From Hypanus sabinus (Eukaryota), in NCBI RefSeq assembly GCF_030144855.1, contig NC_082713.1, positions 144,646,001 to 144,710,000 of the forward strand: 64,000 nucleotides of DNA, read 5' to 3'. Position numbers and translations under genes: made by a program. Shown piece after piece: positions 1-11,850 of this stretch. The first letter of the stretch is position 1. Each line of letters opens with the position of its first letter. The notes below the pieces were generated by a model, which was not told where the DNA came from, searched no databases, and saw only the letters and a list, made by a program, of their open reading frames with translations.

Positions 1-427
1 AAAACCTATTAACAATCAAGCTAATTGAGAATGAAACAGCTATTTTCCTTATACAAGAAACTGCATCATTGTTTTCTTTTGTAGTTACACTCCATATTCT
101 TAAGCAACTAGTGGAAAATTCAATTGTCCAGTTAGTATTTTTTTTAACCAAATGGCTTGTTTCATTTGAATGAGGATGATGAAAAATGGAGATGATAATT
201 TGAGGAAGACTGTGGAAGGTTTACTAGCACAAATAAAATTTCTGGTCTGATCTCTTGGGTAAATTCCTCCATATTATTTCCCTTTAGTCAATTTAAAATT
301 TTTGTCTAATCTTCTTTATCAGGTTATTTTTCATAATCTATTTATATTCTTAACAGTAAAGGATGTCTGCATAGTTACAAAGGATAGTTTCTTTACACTA
401 AAACCACGTCCTGGCATTGTTCTACAG

Positions 428-556
428 ATTGATCTGCGACATGAAGCCAAGGTCATGGAGAGGTTCCGAGAGAATTTTCTGGGTATGGAATCTGTCAGGT
501 TTCCCATACCTCTCAGGCCATTTGTCACCAGAATGGTTCTGGTCGAAACCTTTGAG
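428..556 (+). CDS. ADCK2: ADCK2 (aarF/UbiB-family atypical kinase 2) internal coding exon; upstream exons lie outside the window
   Basis: ctacag| acceptor, |gtaaat donor, 129 nt phase 0/0. Encodes IDLRHEAKVMERFRENFLGMESVRFPIPLRPFVTRMVLVETFE, matching recalled human ADCK2 IDLRYEA...VKFPTPLRPFVTREVLVETYE. Confidence 0.93.
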
Positions 557-1639
557 GTAAATTCATAACATAATTTATTGCTGAAATGTTTAATGCAGGA
601 TGGAGTCTGAGCAAGTAGTGCCTGGCTGGCAATGTGTTAGGAGGTGGAGATGAACGAAAGAAGGAAAAGCATGAGTCAATGTAGATTACTTATATTGCGC
701 AAAGCCAGTGAATTGGGAATAGACCTTTCCCAGTTATAATAGTGTTCCAGATACATGGGAAATTCCAGGTATGGAATAAGGAACCTATAGGACTGGAATA
801 TATTCCACGTGTTTTATAAGTCTGTCATTGCTTAGGCATCATATGGGTTCCGGTAGCAAAACTTTTTTAGAAGTCGCAACAACCAGAAAAAAAGTGTTGC
901 TGTACATGGGGACTAGTTCAGCCATCTAGAGAAAGGTGGTGCTAGATACATTTTGACTTTATTCATAAAAGATGTGGCAGGATCGATGGAGCTGGAAATG
1001 TAAGTAGAATGGATATCTGACGTAAAAAGGAAGATTATTAGTGCCAGGAAAATGGAAAACATTGAAATATGTGTTACAAGAAACATGTAACAGGAGGGAA
1101 TCATTCAGTAAGTGTAGAATTAATAGATAAAATCTGTTCTGTGGACATTAAAAAATGTGAATTGGTGGGTGTACCAAGGGCACAAAATGGTAGAATAAGT
1201 TTCTGCAGGGTTAGGGGACCTTGTTATGGAGAGAAAAAATTAGATTAGTGGAAATAATAGCTTGATGTTCATCATGGCTTCTTGTTTCAGGGGATTTAGG
1301 AGAATGTTGCTGTTCAACCTCTGCAAAGTAGAAGTTGGTTTGCCAAGAAACATTGTCACTGTTAGCTAACTTGATGATAATATTAGTGAAGAGCGTACTA
1401 CTAGTTCAGAAGCATTTGGGTCAGGATAAGTGAAGTGAATAGAAAATTGAAATGTTCATTGAAGTGATAGAAAGATCTACAAACCCCATTTCCAGAAAAG
1501 TTGGGATATTTTCCAAAATGCAATAAAAACAAAAATCTGTGATATGTTAATTCACCTGAACCTTTATTTAACTGACAAAAGTACAAAAAAAAGATTTTCA
1601 ATAGATTTACTGACCAACTTAATTGTATTTTGTAAGTAT

Positions 1640-2595
1640 TGTTACGTACCCCATAACTGGGTGTCGAACCAGCAGAGAAAGAAGTATCTGTTGGAGTCTG
1701 GTGGTACCATTTTCAAACAGTGTTTATTAGTAAAATATACAAATCAATATCAACAATACTAAACCTAAAAGTGTGAGTATAATAGTAATCAATAATAAAT
1801 AAGCTCTATCAATGTCTAGGGGATAATGAATTGTCATATGTCAAAGTTCAGTTCAGTTCATACATGCTGAGGTAGTTGTTGGTTCTTGTGTTTTAATCGT
1901 TGGAGAGAGAGAGCGAGAGCGAGCAAACAGTGACAGCTATTGTCAGGCAAACCTTCCTTTACGATCTTGATCCGTCGATGTGTTGTTGTGGCCATTCAGA
2001 TATGACCCTTCTGTCCTTTAGCTAGACCGTTCTTCTGTGGTGGACTCGTCACCCAGGCAAGGACGGACACACACACAGCCCCCACCGGCCCTGCTAATAA
2101 CACTGTGAGTTAAACTGACCGATCCTTTGTTCGGTCTCCGATGCCCCACACCTTCTCATGGGTTCCAACACTCAAGCAGTGCTCACTAGTGCATCTCCCG
2201 GTGTGTCTGAGGGGTGTCTCCCCAGACCTCACTTTTATCCCTACTCACGGGGTCTCAGGTGTCAATCAGTTTTGAATGGCTTAGCCCATCAAACCAGCCC
2301 AGTCCGGCTGTCCACTGAGGACTTTTAATGAACAGAATGGTACCAAGTAAACAGCCCTCTCCGGAGCCATAAGTCTTTCAGGAGTCATAGTATGGTGCGT
2401 CAACAAGTCCCTCTCTCCCAGTGTTATCTCTCCCTTATCTGAAGCAAATGTTCCAGTCCCAGTATGGTTTCCCTTTGTCTCTCTTTCTCTGTCATTAGCA
2501 GCGTAGTAACAGTTTATGATTCTCCCGGGGGGGGGGGGGAGACATAGGCAACTCTGTACCCTTCTGCCCATCAGAGCTGTTCATCCTTCATAACA
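1640..2595. mobile_element. Solo LTR (956 bp, Gypsy/ERV-like) nested in the Tc1 left TIR
   Basis: Begins TGTTACG, ends CATAACA (TG...CA with short inverted ends). Flanked by GTAT/ATAT. Removing it restores the TIR as seen in the right-hand copy (taagtatacacaaa). Confidence 0.82.
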
Positions 2596-2800
2596 ATATA
2601 CACAAATTTAGAATTTGATGGCTGTAACACAGTCAACAAAAGTTGGGACAGAGTTAAAATAAGAATGAAAAGTGCACAGAATATTCAAGTAACACCAATT
2701 TGGAAGACTCCACATTAAGCAGGCTAATTGGTAGAGGGTGAGGTATCATGACTGGGTATAAAAGTAGCATCCATCAAAGGCTCAGTCTTTGCAAGCAAGG

Positions 2801-3811
2801 ATGGGTCGTGGCTCACCCCTTTGTGCCAAAATTCATGAGGGAATTGTTAGTCAATTCAAAAGGAACATTTCCCAACCCAAGATTGCAGAGAATTTAGGTC
2901 TTTCAACATCTACAGTACATAATATTGTGAAAAGATTCAGAGAATTCAGAGACATCTCAGTGCATAAAGGGCAAGGTCACAAACCACTGTTGAATGCGCG
3001 TGATCTTCGAGCCCTCAGGCGGCACTGCCTAAAAAACCATCATGCTACTGTGACAATTATAGCCACCTGGGCTCGGGAGTACTTCGGAAAACCATTGTCA
3101 CAGTCCATCACTGCATCCAGAAGTGTAACTTGAAACTATTACGCAAGGAGGAAGCCATACATTGACTCTATGCAGAAATGCTGGCGAATTCTCTGGGCCC
3201 AAGCTCATCTCAGATGGACCAAAAGACTGTGGAACCGTGTGCTGTGGTCAGATGAGTCCACATTTCAGCTAGTTTTCAGAAAAAACGGGCGTCGAGTTCT
3301 CCGTGCCAAAGATGAAAACTACCTTCCTGATTGTTATCAGCGAAAGATGCAAAAGTCAGCATCTGTGATGGTATGGGGGTGCATCAGTGCCCACGGCATG
3401 GGTGAGTTGCATGTATGTGAAGGTACCATTGACTCTGAGGCGTATATTAGGATTTTAGAGAGACATATGTTGTCATCAAGGCGATGTCTCTTCCCGGGGC
3501 GTCCATACTTATTTCAGCAGGACAATGCCAGACCACATTCTGCACGGGCTACAACAGCGTGGCTTTGTAGAGACAGATTGTGTTTGCTTGAGTGGCCTGC
3601 TGCCAGTCCAGATCTATCTCCTATTGAAAATGTATGGCGCATCATGAAGAAGAGAATCAGACAACAGAGACCACGGACTGTTGAGCAGCTGAAGTCTTAT
3701 ATCAAGCAAGAATGGACAAAATTTCCAATTGCAAATCTACAATTAGTATCCTCAGTTCCAAAACGATTAAAAAATGTTATTAAAGGGAAAGGTGATGTAA
3801 CACAATGGTAA
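2801..3811 (+). pseudogene. Tc1 transposase, frameshifted near 3100
   Basis: HTH region MGRGSPLCAK... (ORF 2789-3133) and catalytic region (ORF 3170-3811) with WSDES, FQQDNARPH, SPDLSPIENVW; 34 residues between the second D and the E. Confidence 0.9.
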
Positions 3812-4440
3812 ACATGCCTCTGTCCCAACTTTTGTTGAGTGTGTTGCAGCCATCAAATTCTAAATTTGTGTATACTTACAAAATACAATTAAGTTGGTCA
3901 GTAAAACTATTGAAAATCTTTTCTTTGTACTTTTGTCAGTTAAATAAAGGTTCAGGTGAATTAACATGTCACAGATTTTTGTTTTTATTGCATTTTGGAA
4001 AATATCCCAACTTTCCTGGAAATGGGGTTTGTAGATAAGGTAGGTGGCCAAAGGATAGAGCCCCAGCAAAATGAGAATTCTAAAGGTATGAATAGAGAAA
4101 TTATAGCAAAAGGTGGAATTGGAAGGTCAGGACAAAATGCTTTGAAATCCAGGAAGCAGAAACCTTGGATGCAGCGTGCAACAGGCGGCTCGCAGTATTC
4201 TTTTTCCAGCAGAAAACATGGTTGCCAGAGTCTCATCCTAATTTCCATACTTACACTTGGAATAATTGAACTTTATGTAATAATAGCTTTGGTTCATTAC
4301 CCAGCTGTAAAGCAAAATTGGATGATTGTAAAAATAATATTCCAGAGAATGGGGATGAGCATTGTAAGAAAATAATTTTGAATACCAGTGGATGGTGTTG
4401 TGGAAGGTGACACTAATTCTTCTGTGCTCTTTGTGTTCAG

Positions 4441-4536
4441 GAGAGTAAACCCATTTCGATGTATTTGACAAAGGATGTACCTAACTTACTGAAGCAGAAG
4501 TTGGCAAGAATAGGATTGGAGATGTTGCTGAAGATG
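4441..4536 (+). CDS. ADCK2: ADCK2 coding exon
   Basis: ttcag| acceptor, |gtaaat donor, 96 nt phase 0/0. Encodes ESKPISMYLTKDVPNLLKQKLARIGLEMLLKM (human ESVPVSSY...KIARLGINMLLKM). Not in the ORF track. Confidence 0.92.
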
Positions 4537-5959
4537 GTAAATTCTATATAATTCTAACAATTCAAAATGATGCTGGTGTCCTTGGGCAAATGATGGTGAA
4601 ATGTGGGAAAAAAAGCAAGAAACAGTGACAGAGGTGGTACGTAAAAGATGAAGAAGATGGTCAACCCGCACACAACACTGGAGGAACTCTGCAAGTCAGA
4701 TAGCATATATGGAGATAGATAAATGTTGACATTTCAGGGTCTTGGCATGAATCATCAACTGTTTATTCCCTTCCTGAGATGCTGCCTGACTTACTGCATT
4801 TTGTATGTGGTGCTCAAGATTTCCAGCATCTGCAGAATCTATTGTGTTATGAAGATAATGGTCTGCCATTTGTAAATTAATCCATATGCATGGGAGAGTC
4901 AGAAAAATGCTGGTTCATGAGCCAAAAGATAATGACAATACACTTTATTTTGCATTACATATAGTACAAGAAAGCAGATGTTGAAAAGATGTTGTAGAAA
5001 CTTACTTGGATTTATTAAAAGTAGCCAGTAATATATTTTCTGAACACAAAATTTTAATGTAATGTAAAATGCTTATTCATTCTAAGGACAGGTCCATGTT
5101 GTCCAGGAAGCCTAATGGATAAGTCCTGCTGGACTACTTAATCATATATTGGGATTTCACTCCATCAAATCTATGCCAGCTCTCATCACTACCTTTTATT
5201 TCCCTGTAACTCATTCACTTTCCCAATTCTCCTGTTTCCCCCACCTACATTAGGGGAATGTACTGTGATTAAATAATCTACCAGCACCTTGCTCCCAGGG
5301 AAACCTACAGAGTCATAGGGTGAAAGTGACTCTGTGGATTTCCACACAGGCAGCCCAAGGTCAGGGCTGAGCCTAGGTCACTGGAGCTGAGAATCAGCGC
5401 CAACATTTGGTTATGCTGCTGTCAGATATTCAATCATTCTCCACCTTTTTCACCTCGACTAATTACCCCTCTTACCCTAGCCCGTAGAATGATAAGGGCA
5501 GATGAAATTTTTCTTATCTGATATTGTCTGAAAGTCAGTTAGGATTTCTTTTCCCCCTGTAATTAGGAGGGATGAAAGATTTCAGACCTTTAGTGAAATT
5601 GTTCCTTAGACAGCATGGGTGGCGTGGAGAGGGGAGACGTGCAGCATGGTCAACTGCTGGTCTTCCTTGCAGTCAATCAGTCAACATCAAAATCGATGGA
5701 CAGCCGAAGAAAGAGAGAAAGTAAATAACTGAACCTGACAGGTAAGATCAGTAACAACATGGAAGACTTGGTTAAAGGATGTGAGGGGTTTATAATGCCC
5801 TCTGATAGGAATAATTTTGTACATACAGTTTGCAACTCAAATTGCAACAGATTTTCCTCTCATGAATTCACCGAGATTGTGATTTATGAGAAAGTAATCC
5901 TTTTGTCCTAGCTTTCCTGATACTGTAACAAGACTGACTGTTAATCTTTCTTTCTACAG

Positions 5960-6211
5960 GTATTTGTGGACAACTTTGTTCATGGAGAACTTCATCCTAA
6001 AAATATTCTCATCCAGGGAGCAGATCAGTTTAGTCTGCACAGTGACGACAAGACCACCATTGTAGACTTGTGTGATACTCTAATTGTTAACGTTCATCCT
6101 TCCCAGTGTCCAATAAAGCTTATTTTGATGGATACTGGTATTGTAAATGAACTTCAGCCATCTGACTTCCACAATTTCAAAGCCGTATTCACTGCCTTAA
6201 TTCAAGGACAG
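5960..6211 (+). CDS. ADCK2: ADCK2 coding exon with catalytic-loop and DxG motifs
   Basis: ctacag| acceptor, |gtatgt donor, 252 nt. Encodes VFVDNFVHGELHPKNILIQG...LILMDTGIVNELQPSDFHNFKAVFTALIQGQ. Confidence 0.94.
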
Positions 6212-7047
6212 GTATGTGCATGAAAATATTTTTCCTCAAATGAAAGGAGCACACAAGAGATCTGACAATGTACATCACTTGGCTTAAGAGGATTGTATAT
6301 CCATTTTCGAACTTGCTTTTTAAATGCAAATCTCAATTATCACATAATTTACTTTCACGTAGATAAAATTCATTCACTTTCATCAGGCTGAAAGATCACA
6401 TTTTTACTGCCCCAAGAATTAATAGAAAATAGCAATACTTGCTCTTTGTTTGTTGAGACTTGAATATCACATTGATTTTTCTTTTCACTCAAAGCTTCTT
6501 GTTGCATATATATATTAAATTTTGTCAGAATTAGTAAAGATTTCCACTTGTATGGGTTCAGTCTCACTCATTCAACAACTTAATGATATGAGTCACTTAT
6601 TACATTTTGCTACTAAATATTTAATCACTTTGAGTTTATAAATCTAAAATGAGAAAAATCAGATGTTAGAAAATGCAAAATGCTGGAGAAACTCAGGCCT
6701 GACATGCACCTGTGGAAAGAGAAACAGGATTAACACTTCAAGTCAAAAATTGCTGAAAGATCTGTTATAGTGGGTGTGGTTTATGATATGTGTGCTATAA
6801 TCTTTAAAAGCTCTTAATGAAGTAGGAAACTAATTTCAATCTTTCAGCCATCTTTTGTTCTCCACATGTTCAATGTTTTATAGAAGGAGTACTTTGGGGA
6901 AAGGTGTCAAAGCAGCATTCAGCGTTCTCAATTTATGATGCAAAGAAGCCACTAAATGCATGCTTTGCCTCATATTTTTGGTTTTAAGTGTATATCAAGC
7001 TGGTTTGATTATTTGGTTTTCTCTTTCAAATTGTGTTTTCTTTTCAG

Positions 7048-7176
7048 GGTAAGCAAATTGTAGACTTGCTACTGACCCAGGCAAGAGCTAGTGAATGCCA
7101 AGACCTGCAACCATTTAAATCTGAAATAGAAAAACTTGTTCAGGAATCTGGGATGAACAATGGGTCCTTGGGAAAG
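7048..7176 (+). CDS. ADCK2: ADCK2 coding exon
   Basis: ttttcag| acceptor, |gtaata donor, 129 nt. Encodes GKQIVDLLLTQARASECQDLQPFKSEIEKLVQESGMNNGSLGK (human ...HHARASECRDVEGFKTEM). Confidence 0.92.
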
Positions 7177-7456
7177 GTAATAGCAGACTAAAGAGTGGAT
7201 AGGAAGATTTTTTAATTGAGTCGGCTGTATAATCCTCTAATTAATGCACCCTTTTTGAGTAAGCTATTCCAATTGTAAAATGTATAGTTTTTTCCAGATG
7301 TTAAATAGTTTTCTTAATTTGTAATTAAACTGATTTATAAACGATTTTGCAAAGCAAAGTGACTCATTTGGGTATGTGGTTTGGCTTGGACACCACAAAT
7401 TGTAATATTTGATTTAGTATACCAGATAAAAGCTGCTACAATGTTTAGTGAGGGTT

Positions 7457-7568
7457 TTCTGCTGGTTTTCCCTTTGCTTTATGATTTATCCAGGCAGTTT
7501 ACACTTGATTAATTGCACCAAAATAAGATATAAATGTACTAATTGGAGCTCTTCTAGAAAGATGAAAT
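7457..7568 (+). repeat. 112-bp exact direct duplicate, copy 1 (copy 2 at 9126-9237)
   Basis: ttctgctggttttccctttgc...ctagaaagatgaaat reads identically at both positions. Confidence 0.93.
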
Positions 7569-7645
7569 GTAAGTGCATCTTCTTGCACTTACATTTTAAT
7601 TTTTTAATGTTTAATTTAGTTTTAATTTGTTTTCCCTTTTCTCAG

Positions 7646-7699
7646 CTCCATGTTGCAGGCTTTCTTTCTAAAGTCTTGGAAACACTTATCATGCACAAG
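7646..7699 (+). CDS. ADCK2: ADCK2 coding exon
   Basis: ctcag| acceptor, |gtaaag donor, 54 nt. Encodes LHVAGFLSKVLETLIMHK (human LHVSSLLSSVFKLLMTHK). Confidence 0.9.
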
Positions 7700-7784
7700 G
7701 TAAAGAATAAATCCAAGCTAAGCACTCTATTTTTAAAATTATTGATCATAATCTGACTTTATTTCTTTTTTCCATCAATACTAG

Positions 7785-7922
7785 GTTAAGATGGAAAGTA
7801 GCTTTGCCTCCATGATCTTTGCCATTATAGCCTTGGACGGTCTTGGTCGTTCTCTGGACCCTGAGCTAGACTTGCTGGAAATAGTCAGACCCATGCTACT
7901 GAAAGATGCTGCAGGTTTGTAA
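7785..7922 (+). CDS. ADCK2: ADCK2 last coding exon
   Basis: ctag| acceptor after an 85-nt intron. Encodes VKMESSFASMIFAIIALDGLGRSLDPELDLLEIVRPMLLKDAAGL, stop TAA at 7920-7922. Candidate AATAAA at 8291 and 8541. Confidence 0.92.
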   Translation, partial: VKMESSFASMIFAIIALDGLGRSLDPELDLLEIVRPMLLKDAAGL

Positions 7923-9125
7923 GGCACAATGGACTGCAGTGCTGTATTTTCACCCAGCTTACTTGGGGAAAGGGAGAACACATCCCCAGAAATCTATAGC
8001 TCATTATCTATTTAATCATCTTGTACTAGGCACTTTTTTAAACTACGGGCAACATGTAAAAGCCCATTAGAATAATGCATGATGTACCCCTGTGTTTTAT
8101 TCTCCTGTGATAATGTGAGTAAATGGAAACCACTGAAGATTGTACACTTGTGCAGAGTTTTTGTATTGGATCTGTTGATTCTGCCCTTCTGAACTGACTA
8201 TTTGAAAAACCATAATATTCAGGGATGTTAGTAACAGTCGTTAACAAAAATGAGGAGGGTTAGAAGTTATCAGTTCAAAACCCTTCATCTAATAAAATGT
8301 GACATCCCAATGATTTCTCTTTACATTGTTTCCACTTTCATCCATGTTTACGCTGGCTCTTTGGCCTACCCAGTTAGCCTCACTTCCTTGCCCTGTCATT
8401 ATAGCCCTGCAAATATTCTGGTATTCCAATGCCATCAATGTTTCTTTACCCAATTATTTTAAATCTATTCCCACTGATTAATTATCCTTCTGTCACAAGA
8501 AGGATTTTCTCTTCAAATTTAGTGATTTTTGAATGTTTGCAATAAATTTAACAATATTATCTATCCTATCAAGACTCAAAATAACTAGATACAGACCAAG
8601 AGTTTCCACTGCTGTAGGTTGGGACTGGAGCCTCTTCTAGTGACCCCAGCTAAACTTAACTTTCAATAATGTGATGAGTATTGGGTAGGAGAACACTCCA
8701 GATGTATGGGTAAAGTACATTTGGGTATCCAATTCCATCACAGAATTCAAGCACGCATTATTATCCATGCCAAACTCTAAATGAAACCATTCCTAATTTT
8801 TTGTCATTGTTAGTAGCGAAGCGGTGCATTTCAATAAGCTTGGATTTGTTGGATAATTTCCTGGCTGGAATTAGAAAAATGACAAATACATACTGCATAT
8901 AGCTAATAAATGATTTTCAACAGACACTGAGCAACTAGAGTGATCGTCAGTCCCCGATATTCCTGTAGACTCAGTCGCTGTAGCAATATACAGTAGATTA
9001 TGTGAAGGTATCAGAAACATACAGCACATCCATTAAGATAGGGATGCAGACTTCACCTTTAAACTGCTTAGTTCATAAGAAAAAGTTTTTGGTGTATTCA
9101 TGCTCCTTCTTCCACACATCTTTGC

Positions 9126-9237
9126 TTCTGCTGGTTTTCCCTTTGCTTTATGATTTATCCAGGCAGTTTACACTTGATTAATTGCACCAAAATAAGATAT
9201 AAATGTACTAATTGGAGCTCTTCTAGAAAGATGAAAT
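9126..9237 (+). repeat. 112-bp exact direct duplicate, copy 2
   Basis: Identical to 7457-7568. Confidence 0.93.
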
Positions 9238-10409
9238 TAAGTGAAAGAAAATCCACAAATAAAACTGAGCTGAACAGTACCTGACTAGAATCAGTATTTT
9301 TAGATTTTGTTTGGTTTACATGTTCCTGTGGTACAGTTGTCAAACTTTTATGATGGGTCATCCACAAGTCTCAGTGACTTAGAGGAGCAAGTGTTGGGAA
9401 AATAATAGGTTATCACTGTTGTCGACGTAGAAGGCTCTGATGAAACAATGGTGAAACATTTACATTCTGTACTGCACTCATTTTGGAGTTGGGTGTGCTA
9501 TTCTGAGTTTCTGACCAAATAGCAGCATCAGTTCTTCTATTGTGTCTCAACGTCCAAGAGATATTCAAACCAAAATAAGCTAGCTTGCCCATAAATGTCC
9601 AGCAAGTTTCTAGTATCAGGAACATGTTTCAAAATCTCTAAACTTCTGTGGTGTTTATTTCATTGAACTGAGCCAGCAATTGCTGAGAAGGCCAAATTGC
9701 ATTCAATTTTTCTTAAACGTTCATTATTGGATTTTAAGACCAATGTCACCTGGTCGGTGGGCAATGAGCTCCTTCCACTCAACAATGGCAGAAGGCTTGA
9801 ATCACTTTTCTAGTCAGGTCTGATTATAATATTCAAGGCCAATGTTTATCATGCTCCTTGCAAGTTGAGAAATCTTGTGGATTGCATGGAGATTCGGCGG
9901 GGTGGGGTATAACATTATCAGACTGAGCTGGGAACTCAAAAATTCACATATATTAAATCTTAACCTATTTTAGGAACTGGATTGTGGGTTGAAATAGATG
10001 TGGATGCCATCTGATGTTAAAACTAGATTACTTTAGCACCCTTCATTTACCCTTTGTGTATTGACCTTCTACCATTTAAAAGTGGGGGTACTGGTTGTTT
10101 GAATCGAGATCATCTTGAAATTTATTAGACGAGCCACAGACAAAAGTACTCATGGATTCCTGTAAACAATTTTCACAATTTCTCCTTTCACATTTGAATA
10201 CAGAATGCCACGCAAATGAAAATTGGCCTTCTTTTCAAGCAGGTTGCTCTGTTAATGCTAACTGTTGGAACTTCAGAGAGAAATTTAATTCAGAGGTGCT
10301 GATGAACAACCATCATTAAACATAAGCAGTATCTGAGCATCTTATTTAGTGGAAGGAGTAGTAAATATGGATGAAGTGTCCTGATCTTGCAACTGAAATA
10401 GTTTCTTAC

Positions 10410-10837
10410 CCAGTTTTCTTCTGAAGAAAAATTGAAGAACTTTTTTTCCAAGTTTTCTCCTCTTTCACATCCTTTATATAATGAAAGCCATCCACCAGAC
10501 TTATGTTTGAAGTACTACCTGTGTTTGTATGCTTATTCCTGTTCAAATCTCACAGGCTGGCAGATTGATACTCTGAAGTTTTCATGCAATCTTGTTTATC
10601 AATATTTTTCTGAAAGGAAGTTGTGTTTCCTCTCATAAATTCAGTAGATTTGACTCTCTGTTTGTTCATTGATGAACTGGACCGAAAAGGCTGAGAGTTT
10701 TTTTTTGTTATCTCCTGACTCACTTCTTCGCTTGTCACCATTGCCCCAGAGATCAATGCATCTCCATCACCACTCCCAGCAAGAAACTTTGCCCATGGGT
10801 TCAAGTGACTTACTAGATTATCAGGAATCCTGCACAA
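10410..10837 (-). pseudogene. In-frame continuation of the same exon beyond the stop(s), ending at a splice donor
   Basis: The same frame stays open for 95 codons after TAA, hits TGA at 10552-10550, then stays open another 46 codons (DLNRNKHTNT...EEKTWKKSSSIFLQKKTG) to GG|gtaaga at 10409. No frameshift. Confidence 0.6.
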
Positions 10838-11130
10838 TTAATGACTGCAATTTGAATATAGGCCTCGGCATACACAAGGAACCCTGGAGTGGTATGCAAG
10901 CTCCAATTTATCACCACTACTCTGAGAACTTCTGTATCCTGGTGGCACAATCAGAGGATAATCAGGGTAAGTTTCCAGAAGCTTTTGTTTAGCTGAGGTG
11001 GTCATCTGGAGTTCCAAAATGATGCGCTCAGCCAGATGCTGAGGGATCCGTACCGCTGTTCCAGGAGGCACCTTCTCTGTTTTGCCGTTCCAGAAACTTA
11101 CAACCAACCCTTCACTGCCATCATCATGAT
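10838..11130 (-). CDS. VWA + DUF4537 gene, coding part of the last recognisable exon up to the first stop (protein about 455 aa from the ATG at 22090)
   Basis: tttcag| acceptor, phase 1. Encodes DHDDGSEGLVVSFWNGKTEKVPPGTAVRIP...ERIILELQ...YPDYPLIVPPGYR...CSH, then TAA at 10840-10838. Confidence 0.8.
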
Positions 11131-11850
11131 CTGAAAAATTTCAAATACTGTATTATTTTTCCTTTTTTTTCTACAGCAAACTTCTCTTCAAACCTGATAA
11201 ATGAACGTGTTTATTTTTCCTGCCTTTAATCTTAGTCTTAATGTTGTTTGTTTTATGCTGTATAATTTTGATAGAAAATGACAGAAAATAAGAGGCAGTG
11301 CAAAGTGGCTTTGAGAATAACTGGCTGTTCTCAAAGTTAGAATGGTGTGTACAACTTTGTGTATAATAGGTGATTAAATATGCAATACACTGTTTCTGTA
11401 GCTGAAATATGGCATGTACATCATTTCAAAGCTTAGTTCTAGTGCGAATTTTATCTGCTGTTTACTTGCTGAAACTTATAATATTTTGTCTAATATGTGT
11501 ACTGAACATAAGATATCAAGACTAGAAGTACTAGGAAAAAATGGAAATTGACTGATTGATGACAGTGACAAAGAAATATCACTGGTAGGTCCAGAAATGT
11601 AGACATAGCTACAATACAGTCCATCAAAGAAGCATGCCATCTTCATAAAGACCTCTATGTGTCATCCAAGTGAGTGCACACAAATTTTCCTGAAGTTCAC
11701 AATACATAGTGTTCTGTAATACATAGTACAGGTAGTATGGTAGCATTGCAGTTAGCGTAATGCGATAACAGCGTCAGCGACCCAGGTTGGTGAAGAGTTT
11801 GTACATTTTCCATGTGACTGTATGGGTACTTGCCTTCCCAGCATATATGA

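Larger units (their letters stand above)
1480..4031 (+). mobile_element. Tc1/mariner DNA transposon (DD34E) in an ADCK2 intron; left TIR interrupted by a solo LTR
   Basis: TA TSD at 1478-79 and 4032-33. ~210-bp TIRs (caaaccccatttcc...ggaaatggggtttg). Transposase remnant inside. Confidence 0.95.

Noticed and set aside
8960-9900. Possible further decayed 3' exons of the VWA-DUF4537 gene on the minus strand
   Set aside because: Some protein-like stretches and splice-like signals, but many stops and no motif I can identify.
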